A stretch of DNA of 64,000 nucleotides from an uncultured delta proteobacterium. Its GTDB lineage: Bacteria; Myxococcota; Myxococcia; Myxococcales; Myxococcaceae. Made by a program: the position numbers and the translations under genes. Positions 1-8,228 of this stretch are shown here, piece by piece (the first letter of the stretch is position 1; each line of letters starts with the position of its first letter). The stretch is taken from NCBI GenBank assembly GCA_963776345.1, contig CAVZMH010000015.1, forward strand, positions 64,001 through 128,000, in the 5' to 3' direction. The notes under the pieces were generated by a model. It saw nothing but the letters and a program-made list of their open reading frames with translations, was not told the origin of the DNA and searched no databases.

Positions 1-1447
1 TCTCGCGCTGCTGCTGCTTGATGAAGCTGCGAATGCGCTGCTGGGCGCGGCTGGTCTTGACGAAGGTCAGCCAGTCCTTGCTCGGATGGGCGCCGGGGCT
101 GGTGAGCACCTCCACGGTGTCCCCGTTCTTCAGCTTGTAGCGGAGGGGGACGATCTTCCCGTTCACCTTCGCCCCCACGCAGCGTCCGCCGACGTCGGAG
201 TGGATGGCGTAGCCGAAGTCCACCGGGGTCGCGCCGCGGGGCAGGCTCTTCACGTCGCCCTTGGGGGTGAAGACGAAGACCTCGTCGGCGAAGAGATCCA
301 CCTTCACCGTCTCCAGGAACTCCTTGGGGTCCTTGAGGTCCTGCTGCCACTCCATCAGCTGCCGGAGCCAGGCGAACTTCTCGTCGTCCCCGCTGACCAG
401 CGCCTTGCCCTCCTTGTAGGCCCAGTGGGCGGCGATGCCCTCTTCAGCGATGCGGTGCATCTCCTCGGTGCGGATCTGCACCTCCACCCGCTCCCCCAGC
501 GGTCCGATGACCGTGGTGTGGAGCGACTGGTACATGTTGGGCTTGGGGATGGCGATGAAGTCCTTGAACCGCCCCGGTACCGGCTTCCACAGCTGGTGGA
601 TGAGCCCCAGCGCCTCGTAGCAGGAGCCCACGGTGGGCATGATCAGCCGGAAGGCGATCATGTCGTGCACCTGGTCGAAGTCGATGCCGTTGGCCCGCAT
701 CTTCTTCCAGATGCTGTACAGGTGCTTGAAGCGGCCGGAGACCCTGGCGTGGAGATCGCGCTCGGCGAGCTTCCGCTCGATGAGCCGGACCACGTCGTCG
801 ATGTACTGCTCGCGCTCCTTCTTGCGCTTTCCGACGCGCTCGGCGAGGTCCGCGTACTCGGCGGGCTTGAGCCAGCGGAAGCTCAGGTCCTCCAGCTCGG
901 TCTTGATCCAGCTGATGCCCAGCCGGTTGGCCAGGGGCGCGTAGATGTCCAGCGTCTCCTGGGCGATGCGCTGGCGCTTGTCCTCGCGCATGTACTCCAG
1001 CGTCCGCATGTTGTGGGTGCGGTCGGCGAGCTTCACCAGGATGACGCGGATGTCCTGCGCCATCGCGATGATCATCTTCCGGAAGTTCTCGGCCTGCTTC
1101 TCCTCCTGGCTGAGCGTGGGGCTGGCCTGGAACTTGGAGAGCTTGGTCACCCCGTCCACCAGCTGGGTGACCTCCGCTCCGAAGAGCTCGGTCAGCTCCT
1201 CCGGCGTCGCCAGGGTGTCCTCGATGGTGTCGTGGAGGAGCCCGGTGACGATGCTCGCCTCGTCCAGCTTGAGGTCGGCCAGGATGCCCGCGACCTCCAG
1301 GGGGTGCACCAGGTAGGGCTCGCCCGAGCGCCGGAGCTGCCCCTGGTGGACCTTGGCCGAGTAGACGTACGCCTTCTTGATGGCGTCCAGATCCGGGTCG
1401 GGATGGTAACTCTTGACCTGGGTCAGGATGTCGTTGAGGCGAATCAT
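1..1447 (-). CDS. rel: Bifunctional (p)ppGpp synthetase/hydrolase, 3' end outside window
   Basis: Hand translation of the minus strand from ATG 1447: MIRLNDIL...RRSGEPYLVHP...LLHDTIED (HD hydrolase)...RFKDFIAIPKPNMYQSLHTT (synthetase), then TGS. Not in the ORF track because it runs off the window. Confidence 0.95.
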   Translation of the reverse strand, partial: MIRLNDILTQVKSYHPDPDLDAIKKAYVYSAKVHQGQLRRSGEPYLVHPLEVAGILADLKLDEASIVTGLLHDTIEDTLATPEELTELFGAEVTQLVDGVTKLSKFQASPTLSQEEKQAENFRKMIIAMAQDIRVILVKLADRTHNMRTLEYMREDKRQRIAQETLDIYAPLANRLGISWIKTELEDLSFRWLKPAEYADLAERVGKRKKEREQYIDDVVRLIERKLAERDLHARVSGRFKHLYSIWKKMRANGIDFDQVHDMIAFRLIMPTVGSCYEALGLIHQLWKPVPGRFKDFIAIPKPNMYQSLHTTVIGPLGERVEVQIRTEEMHRIAEEGIAAHWAYKEGKALVSGDDEKFAWLRQLMEWQQDLKDPKEFLETVKVDLFADEVFVFTPKGDVKSLPRGATPVDFGYAIHSDVGGRCVGAKVNGKIVPLRYKLKNGDTVEVLTSPGAHPSKDWLTFVKTSRAQQRIRSFIKQQQRE

Positions 1448-1459
1448 CGATACTGGACA

Positions 1460-1488
1460 ATCGTAACTGTGCGATCGGGGGTGTTCAA
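1460..1488 (-). promoter_or_regulatory. Candidate sigma70 promoter of rel
   Basis: TTGAAC-17 nt-TACGAT on the minus strand, 12 nt upstream of the ATG. Confidence 0.5.
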
Positions 1489-1524
1489 CGCACCGACCCG
1501 CAAACCCCCCGTCGGCCCTGAACA

Positions 1525-1554
1525 TTGACCGGCCGCCGAGCAGGTTCCTACAGT
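1525..1554 (+). promoter_or_regulatory. Candidate sigma70 promoter of the FHA gene
   Basis: TTGACC-18 nt-TACAGT, divergent from the rel promoter. Confidence 0.4.
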
Positions 1555-1570
1555 GCCCGACGCCCGCCCC

Positions 1571-2494
1571 ATGTCCCGCCTCCTGGTGAGTCAGCTCGGC
1601 GTGGTCTGCCCGTCCTGCGACGTGCTGAGCGCAGCAGGGGCAGTCCGCTGCGAAGCCTGCGGAAAGACCTGGGGAAGGGCCCAGGCCCCGGCCCGGAAGC
1701 CCACCGCCCCGGGTCCCCCGGCAGCGGCGCCCGCGCGGCCCCCGGCGGCGGCCAGCCCTTCCGGGGCCGGGCTCCGCCCCTCGCCCACGCCGTCCGGCGG
1801 CGTCCCTCGGACCGGCTCCACCGGACGCCCCGCCGCCGCGGCGCCGGTCCCGAGCCGTTTCATCCTCAGCGTGAGCGCCGGGCCCGCCCGCGGCCAGCGC
1901 TTCCGCCTGATGGCCAACGGCTGCAGCGTGGGTCGCCAGCGGGGAGCCATCCTCTTCACCGACGACCCCTTCGTCTCGCCCCATCATGCCGCCTTCCGGA
2001 TCCGCGAAGGGCAGCTCACGGTGAAGGACGAGGACAGCGTCTCCGGCGTCTACGTCGCCATCACCGCCCAGGAGGTGCTGATGCCCGGGGCGCTCTTCTC
2101 GGTCGGCCCCCATGTGCTCCGGTACGTGGGCCCTCTGCTCCCGCGGGCGGCCGAGCCGGGAAAGCCGCGGACCTACGGCGCGCCGGTGCCCCAGGCCGGC
2201 GGGCTCTGGGGCATCGAGGAGATCCTGGTCGGGCTCCGGCCCGGCCGGGCGGTGGTCACGGCCCATCCCGCGCTGACGCTCGGATCCTCGGGCGCGGACC
2301 TGGTCTTCGCCCCGGATGCACAGCTCGCCGCCCGGCACTGCGAGATCAGCCCGACGCCGCAGGGCGCCGTGCTCCGCGACCTCTCGAGCGGCCTGGGGAC
2401 GTTCGTGCGCCTCGGCGCCCAGGAGCGGCCTCTCAAGCAGGGTGACCGGGTCCGCATCGGCCAGCAGACGCTGACCGTCGAGCTCGCCGCGTAG
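1571..2494 (+). CDS. Zinc-ribbon plus tandem FHA domain protein
   Basis: CPSC/CEAC ribbon, Pro/Ala linker, FHA motifs VGR...VSPHH and a second degenerate FHA. Alternative start GTG 1553. Confidence 0.85.
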   Translation: MSRLLVSQLGVVCPSCDVLSAAGAVRCEACGKTWGRAQAPARKPTAPGPPAAAPARPPAAASPSGAGLRPSPTPSGGVPRTGSTGRPAAAAPVPSRFILSVSAGPARGQRFRLMANGCSVGRQRGAILFTDDPFVSPHHAAFRIREGQLTVKDEDSVSGVYVAITAQEVLMPGALFSVGPHVLRYVGPLLPRAAEPGKPRTYGAPVPQAGGLWGIEEILVGLRPGRAVVTAHPALTLGSSGADLVFAPDAQLAARHCEISPTPQGAVLRDLSSGLGTFVRLGAQERPLKQGDRVRIGQQTLTVELAA

Positions 2495-2498
2495 CGCC

Positions 2499-4028
2499 TC
2501 AGCGGGTGGAGAGCGGCTGCTCGACGTCCGGGTACCACTCCCGGACGACCGAGCGGGCGGGCGATCCCGGTGACTCCTTCAGCGCGCGTCCGAAGAAGCC
2601 GCGGGCCTCGGCCTCCCCCTCGGCGCCGCGCAGCCGGGCGAGCATGCCCAGCTTGAGGGCCACCGCGGCGGTCGGGTCGGCCTCGAACGCCTCGAGGTAC
2701 TTGGTCCGTGCCAGCGCACGATCCCCGGCGAGGTACAGGTTGTCGCCGTCCTGCACCAGCGCCGTTGCCCGGGCGGGGTCGCGCCGGTCCGCGGGGGTCT
2801 CCCGGCTCCACGGCTGCGCCTGCGTCGCCACCGGAGGAGCGGCCGGAGGCACGGGGCTCGGGGTATCGGTCAGCGGCTTGAAGGCGAGCACGCCCGCGCC
2901 GGCGGCCGCGACGAGCACCAGCGCCCCCAGCACCAGCTGCAGGCCTCGACCGCTCCGGCGCGCCGGGCGCTTGCCCGAGGCCAGGGTGGGCGCGCTCGCA
3001 AGGGCAGCCTCGCCGGAGGCCGACCCCACCATCCCCAGCGGGATGGGGACCCGGGCGGTCCGCGGCGCGTGGACGGCCTCCGCGGCCGGCAGGAGATTCA
3101 GCGACTCGAGGAACGCCTCGGCCGTCTGGGGGCGGTCGGCAGGCTCCTTGCGGAGCGCCCACAGGATGACCGCCTCGAGCTCCCGGCTGCTGCAGCCCGG
3201 ACGCAGCACGTTGGGCGGCTTCGGGTCCTCGGTCAGGTGCTTGGTCGCGTAGCCCATCGCCGAGTCGGAGCTGAACGGCAGCTGCCGGGTCACCATCTGG
3301 TAGAGCAGCACCCCCACCGAGTAGAGGTCGCTCCGGGCGTCGAGCGGCGCTCCGCGGGCCTGCTCCGGGCTCATGTACTCGGGGGTGCCACAGACGAAGC
3401 CGGTCCGGGTGAGCGACGGCCCTTCCTCGGAGGAGCCGTCGATGATCTTGGCGATGCCGAAGTCGAGCACCTTCACCACGTCCGACTCGCCGCCGCGCCG
3501 GGCCATCACCATCACGTTCTCGGGCTTGAGGTCGCGGTGGATGACCCCGGCCTGGTGCGCGTCCGCCAGCGCCGAGAGCACCTGGGTGACGATGCGGATC
3601 ACCCGTGGCTCGGGGAGCGGCCAGTCCTCGGTGAGGACCCGGTGGAGGTCGCGGCCGTCCACGAACTCCATGGCGATGAACAGCGCGCCGTCGTCCGTCT
3701 GGCCGAAGTCCAGCACGTCGATGGAGTTGGGATGGTTGAGCCGGCTCGCCGCCTTGGCCTCGCGCTGGAAGCGGGCCACGGTCCGGGGGTCCTTCTGCAG
3801 CGTGGGGTGGAGCAGCTTCAGCACCACCGGCTTCTCCAGGACCAGCTGGTTCGCGCGGTACACGCGTCCCATGCCGCCCTCGCCGAGCAGCTTGTCCACC
3901 CGGTACTTCCGGGCCACCACCTGGCCGATGTAGGGGTCCCCGGCCGTCTCCCGGGGGAGCACGTTCCCGCAGGCCGCGCAGAACTGGGCGTGCGGGGCGG
4001 TCTCGGTGGAGCAGGAGGGACAGTTCAC
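2499..4028 (-). CDS. Hanks-type Ser/Thr protein kinase with N-terminal zinc ribbon, one TM helix and a TPR-like C-terminus
   Basis: LGEGGMGRVY, HRDLKPEN, DFG, GTPEYMSPEQ; CPSC/CAAC; hydrophobic LVLGALVLVAAAGAGVLAF. Confidence 0.95.
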   Translation of the reverse strand: MNCPSCSTETAPHAQFCAACGNVLPRETAGDPYIGQVVARKYRVDKLLGEGGMGRVYRANQLVLEKPVVLKLLHPTLQKDPRTVARFQREAKAASRLNHPNSIDVLDFGQTDDGALFIAMEFVDGRDLHRVLTEDWPLPEPRVIRIVTQVLSALADAHQAGVIHRDLKPENVMVMARRGGESDVVKVLDFGIAKIIDGSSEEGPSLTRTGFVCGTPEYMSPEQARGAPLDARSDLYSVGVLLYQMVTRQLPFSSDSAMGYATKHLTEDPKPPNVLRPGCSSRELEAVILWALRKEPADRPQTAEAFLESLNLLPAAEAVHAPRTARVPIPLGMVGSASGEAALASAPTLASGKRPARRSGRGLQLVLGALVLVAAAGAGVLAFKPLTDTPSPVPPAAPPVATQAQPWSRETPADRRDPARATALVQDGDNLYLAGDRALARTKYLEAFEADPTAAVALKLGMLARLRGAEGEAEARGFFGRALKESPGSPARSVVREWYPDVEQPLSTR

Positions 4029-4151
4029 GACCGGAAGGCGACGCTCCCACTCTGCGGGCGGAGCCGCAAGGCTGCATGGTACGCTCGCGCGGCCCCGGAT
4101 GGCCGAATCCCCGATGACACGGACCTCTGCACCCCGCCTGGCCGGGGGACG

Positions 4152-4811
4152 ATGGTGATGGGACGTCCAGGCGCCACGCGGCTCCAGGTCAGCTTCCGCG
4201 TCGTCCGCGCCGACGGCGGGCCCGAGCTGTCCGTGCCCATGAAGGGGGAGACGCTGACCTGCGGGACCCGCGCCGACCTGACCCTGCCGGACGACCCGTT
4301 CATCGCCCCGGTGCAGGCCCGCTTCTTCTTCTCAGGGCAACGCCTGGCCGTCGAGGACCTGGGGGGAGGGAACGGCGTGTTCGCCCGACTCAAGGCCGAG
4401 AACGAGCTGCAGGTGGGGGGAGAGCTCCGGCTGGGCCGCCAGCGCCTGGTGCTCGAGGCCATCCCGCCCGTGAGCCCGGGCGAGGGCGGGACCATCGCCT
4501 GGGGATTGGCCGACCCCGGGTTCAAGCTCCGCATCGTGCAGCTGCTCGAGGGCGGGATGCGGGGCGCGGCGTTCTGCCTGCGCGAGGGCGAGAACCTGCT
4601 CGGGCGCGAGGTGGGCGACATCACCTTCCCCGGCGACGGCTTCGTGTCCGGACGCCACGCGGTGCTCAACGCGCGCGGAGAGCGCCTCACGGTGAAGGAC
4701 GTCGGGAGCTCCAACGGCACCTTCCTCCGCATCTCCGCGCCGACCTTCGTCGAGAACGGGGACCAGTTCCTCGTCGGCCGTGAGCTGGTGCGTGTCGAGC
4801 TGAGCGGCTGA
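4152..4811 (+). CDS. Tandem FHA domain protein
   Basis: C-terminal part of ORF 3069..4811; canonical FHA LGR...VSGRH...SSNGT in the second domain. Start uncertain. Confidence 0.85.
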   Translation: MVMGRPGATRLQVSFRVVRADGGPELSVPMKGETLTCGTRADLTLPDDPFIAPVQARFFFSGQRLAVEDLGGGNGVFARLKAENELQVGGELRLGRQRLVLEAIPPVSPGEGGTIAWGLADPGFKLRIVQLLEGGMRGAAFCLREGENLLGREVGDITFPGDGFVSGRHAVLNARGERLTVKDVGSSNGTFLRISAPTFVENGDQFLVGRELVRVELSG

Positions 4812-4832
4812 CCCCGGCCCCGGGCTCCTCCG

Positions 4833-6068
4833 ATGCACCCCGCCCTCCCCGCCTCCCGCCCACAGCCGGCCGCGGTGGACGGGGCCGGAGCGGCGCGCTG
4901 GGGGCCGGTGCTGGCGCTGGCCGGGCTGCACGGGGCGGTCACCCTGGCGTGGGTGGTCTACACGCTCTACCTGGTCGCCCTGCTGGCGCGGGCCGGGTTC
5001 GACGCCTACCTCGCCTCGGTGCTGCTCACGGTCGAGGGTCTGGTGGGGGCGGTCCTCGAGCCGCTCGCGGGCACGCTCTCCGACCGGGCCCGCCGCGGGC
5101 TCTTCCGCCGCTTCTTCCTGGTGATGGGGGGAGTGCTGGCCACCAGCTTCCTCTTCGTGGCGTTGCCGCTGACCGCGGCGAGCTCGAGGCCGGGACCGGC
5201 GTCGCTGCTCCCCGCCCTGCTCATCGCCTGGTCGTGCGCCATGGCCGTGTTCCGTGCGCCGGCGCTGTCCCTCCTCGGACGGTATGCCCGGCCCAGGTCG
5301 CTCCCGCTGGCTGCCTCGGTGCTCACCACCGCTGGGGGGCTGGTGAGCGCGGCGGCCCCGTCGGCCCGCGCGTGGCTCCTGTCGCTCGGGCCATTGCCCA
5401 CCTTCGCGGCGGCCTCGGCGGCGCTGGTGCTGACCGCGCTGGTCCTCCGGGCGCTGGACCGCCGGATGCCGCTCGCGATCGCCGCGCCAGGGCCGGTGCC
5501 CGTCCCGGACCGGGCTGCGGTGCGCGCCGCGTGGTCGCTCTTCCTCGTGGGGACGACCGCAGCCCTGGCGTTCCGATTCCTCGTCGACGGGCTGCCACGC
5601 GCCGGCGCCGCGCCGGGGGCGCCCGCGGCGCTCATCACCACGGCGTTCTTCCTGGCCATGGCGATGGCGGGCATTCCGCTCGGGCGGCTCGCGCTGGGGC
5701 GCGTCGGCGGAGGTTCGGTCACCGCCGGCGGGCTCGGGGTGCTGGTCCTCGGCGCTGCCGCCCCGCTGGTCCTCGCGGGTTCAGTGTCGGTCCTCCTCTG
5801 CGCGGCCCTCCTCGGCGCGGCGCTGGCGGCGGTGCAGAACGGCCTCCTTGCCTACTCGCTCTCGGCGGTGCGGGTCGAGCGCGCCGGCCTGGGGATGGGG
5901 CTCCTGCTCGGCGGCGGAGGGCTCGCGCTCGGCCTCTTCAACCTGCTGCTCGCCGTGCGCAGGCCGGCGCCGGCGACCTCGCTGCTCGCCGCTGCGGGGC
6001 TGTATGCGCTGACCCTGCTCCTGCTCCGGGGCGTCCGCCGCGGAGTCCGGGCGGCGGAGCGCGCCTGA
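4833..6068 (+). CDS. MFS transporter
   Basis: About 12 hydrophobic segments; motif A-like GTLSDRAR. Confidence 0.85.
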   Translation: MHPALPASRPQPAAVDGAGAARWGPVLALAGLHGAVTLAWVVYTLYLVALLARAGFDAYLASVLLTVEGLVGAVLEPLAGTLSDRARRGLFRRFFLVMGGVLATSFLFVALPLTAASSRPGPASLLPALLIAWSCAMAVFRAPALSLLGRYARPRSLPLAASVLTTAGGLVSAAAPSARAWLLSLGPLPTFAAASAALVLTALVLRALDRRMPLAIAAPGPVPVPDRAAVRAAWSLFLVGTTAALAFRFLVDGLPRAGAAPGAPAALITTAFFLAMAMAGIPLGRLALGRVGGGSVTAGGLGVLVLGAAAPLVLAGSVSVLLCAALLGAALAAVQNGLLAYSLSAVRVERAGLGMGLLLGGGGLALGLFNLLLAVRRPAPATSLLAAAGLYALTLLLLRGVRRGVRAAERA

Positions 6069-6089
6069 GCCACGGGGGCCTCGGCTCGG

Positions 6090-6211
6090 TCCCCCGCACC
6101 AGGGGGACGCCTGCGGAAGCGCGCAGTCGCGCGCCGCCGACGAGGCTCAGTCCCCCGCACCAGGGGGACGCCTGCGGAAGCGCGCAGTCGCGCGCCGCCG
6201 ACGAGGCTCAG
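6090..6211. repeat. Two exact tandem 61-bp palindromic units
   Basis: TCCCCCGCACCAGGGGGACGCCTGCGGAAGCGCGCAGTCGCGCGCCGCCGACGAGGCTCAG at 6090-6150 and 6151-6211. Confidence 0.9.
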
Positions 6212-6570
6212 CCGTACGACTTCTCCTTCTTCTCCTGCTCTTCCTTGCAGCGGATGCAGAGGGTGGTGACCGGCCGGGCCTCCAGGCGCTTGGGGGAGAT
6301 GGGCTCCTCGCAGCGCTCGCAGACGCCGAAGGTGCCGTCCTCGATCCGCATCAGCGCCTTCTCGATCTTCTTCAGCAGGAACTTCTCCCGGTCCCGGAGC
6401 CGGAACACCATGGACTGGGCGTACTCGCTGGATGCGAGGTCGATCTCGTCCGGGAGGTCGTCGGTGTCGAAGTTCGACTCCTCCATGAGGGTCTTCTTCG
6501 CGCTCTCGAGGAGGGACGTCTTGCTGTCCTCGAGCATCTTCCTGTAGCGCTTCAGATCTTTCTGATTCAA
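6208..6570 (-). CDS. dksA: RNA polymerase-binding transcription factor DksA
   Basis: TTG start giving MNQKDLKRY; coiled-coil tip DEID; C4 zinc finger CERC...CIRC. Confidence 0.92.
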   Translation of the reverse strand: MNQKDLKRYRKMLEDSKTSLLESAKKTLMEESNFDTDDLPDEIDLASSEYAQSMVFRLRDREKFLLKKIEKALMRIEDGTFGVCERCEEPISPKRLEARPVTTLCIRCKEEQEKKEKSYG

Positions 6571-6696
6571 AGGTGCGACTCCGTGACCCTTTCGTCGCCG
6601 GGGTGGGTGCGGCCGTCGTCGGACGTTCAACCCGGAAAAAAAGGCCGCGGAGTCTTATCTGGCGCCCTGGTGAAGTCAAGGTAACCTGCCGTGCCC

Positions 6697-7599
6697 ATGC
6701 CGGATTCGGAGAAGACGCGGCAGGAGCTGACCCGGTTCGACCGGGAGTTCCTGCGCTCGGCGCTGGCGCTCGCCGGCAAGCCGGACATCGACCACTTCCT
6801 CTACATCTGCGACACGCCCATCGCCCCCGACGACCTCCGGCGAAAGCAGGCCAAGAGCAAGCTGGTCTACGCGGTCACCGCCGAGCAGATCGCGGCCGAC
6901 CTGCAGGCCCGGAAGCTGCGGGCGCTGGTCATCCCCGCCTACGACTACAGCCGCGTGGAACGGGTGAAGGTGGCGCTGGTCTCCGCGCTCGCCCAGGGAG
7001 CGTTCAAGGAAGGTGACCTGGTGCTGTGCATGACCGGCCGGGTGGGCATGGCGCCGGACACCCTGATGCAGATGCGCATCGGCGGCTCGCTCGACGACCG
7101 CGTGGCCATCGAGGGCATCAAGCTCGGCGACCAGTTCAACAGCCAGGTGGTGGACGCGCTCCTCCAGCTCGCGCTGCAGATCGGCCAGGAGGGGTACGAG
7201 GGACACCCCGTCGGGACCATCATCACCATCGGCGACCACAACAACGTGCTGGAGAAGAGCCGGCAGATCACCATCAACCCCTTCCAGGGAATGGGCGAAA
7301 GCGAGCGCAACGTGCTCGACCCGCGGATCCGCGAGGCGATCAAGAACTTCTCGGTGCTCGACGGCGCCTTCATCATCCGCGAGGACGGCGTGGTGCTGTC
7401 GGCAGGCCGCTACCTCTCGGCGGGCGACGAGGATGCGAAGGTGCCGCTCGGCCTCGGCGCCCGTCACGCCGCCGCAGCCAACATCACCGCCGCGACGCAG
7501 TGCCTCGCCCTGGTCGTCAGCCAGACCTCGGGCGCGGTGCGCCTCTTCAAGGAGGGCGGCATCCTCCTCGAGCTGCACCAGAGCGCCCGCCGCACCTGA
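6697..7599 (+). CDS. DacZ-like diadenylate cyclase (N-terminal PK_C-like region plus DisA_N/DAC domain)
   Basis: DAC motifs LDGAFII and LGARHAAA, VVSQTSG; no TM helix. Confidence 0.85.
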   Translation: MPDSEKTRQELTRFDREFLRSALALAGKPDIDHFLYICDTPIAPDDLRRKQAKSKLVYAVTAEQIAADLQARKLRALVIPAYDYSRVERVKVALVSALAQGAFKEGDLVLCMTGRVGMAPDTLMQMRIGGSLDDRVAIEGIKLGDQFNSQVVDALLQLALQIGQEGYEGHPVGTIITIGDHNNVLEKSRQITINPFQGMGESERNVLDPRIREAIKNFSVLDGAFIIREDGVVLSAGRYLSAGDEDAKVPLGLGARHAAAANITAATQCLALVVSQTSGAVRLFKEGGILLELHQSARRT

Positions 7600-7663
7600 G
7601 CGCGCGGGACCGGTGCCACTGGACATCCCCGGGCGCTGGCCGTTCTGGTCTTCCCCCACTCTC

Positions 7664-8215
7664 TCAACCGGAACGCTCGCGGTCCTCACGCCAGACCTCG
7701 GCGAGGGCGTGCGCGCGCTCGACCTCGTCACGGGCCGCGTCCACGGCCACCAGCCGGCGAAGGCGGTCGGCCCGGGAGCGCAGCGCCTCGGCGGCGAGCG
7801 CCGTCCCCGCCGTCAGCCGGGCAGCGGCGAGCTCGCGCTCCGACCGGAGCCGGTCGAGCTGCTGTCCGACGCGGCGCGCCGCCTGCTCGAGCTGTTCCAC
7901 GTCCGACTCGGTCCGGACGAGCTCCTCGCGGAGCGCGCTCGCCCGGCCGTCTTCCCGGAGCGCATCGGCGGCGAGCACCTCGGCCGCGCGAACGTCTCCG
8001 CCCGCGCGGGCCCGGTCCCCGCGCTCGCGCAGCATCCCGCCGACCTGCTCCACTCCGGAGAGCTCGCGGCCCAGCCGCGCCCGGACGATGAGCAGCGTCG
8101 CGGCCGCTCGCCGGAGCTCGGCCGCCTCGGCCGCGAGGTCCGACACCAGGTCGTCGTACGCCGCGATCGGATCCGGTGCGGGAGGCGGGCGTCGGCGGAA
8201 CCACCGGAAGGCCAT
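7664..8215 (-). CDS. PspA/IM30-like coiled-coil protein
   Basis: C-terminal 183 aa of ORF 7664..8884 from ATG 8215: amphipathic MAFRWFRRR followed by continuous coiled coil. Confidence 0.65.
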   Translation of the reverse strand: MAFRWFRRRPPPAPDPIAAYDDLVSDLAAEAAELRRAAATLLIVRARLGRELSGVEQVGGMLRERGDRARAGGDVRAAEVLAADALREDGRASALREELVRTESDVEQLEQAARRVGQQLDRLRSERELAAARLTAGTALAAEALRSRADRLRRLVAVDAARDEVERAHALAEVWREDRERSG

Positions 8216-8228
8216 GGCAGGGCGCACT

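Noticed and set aside
6090..6211. Possible CRISPR array
   Set aside because: Only two abutting identical units, with no spacers and no cas genes.
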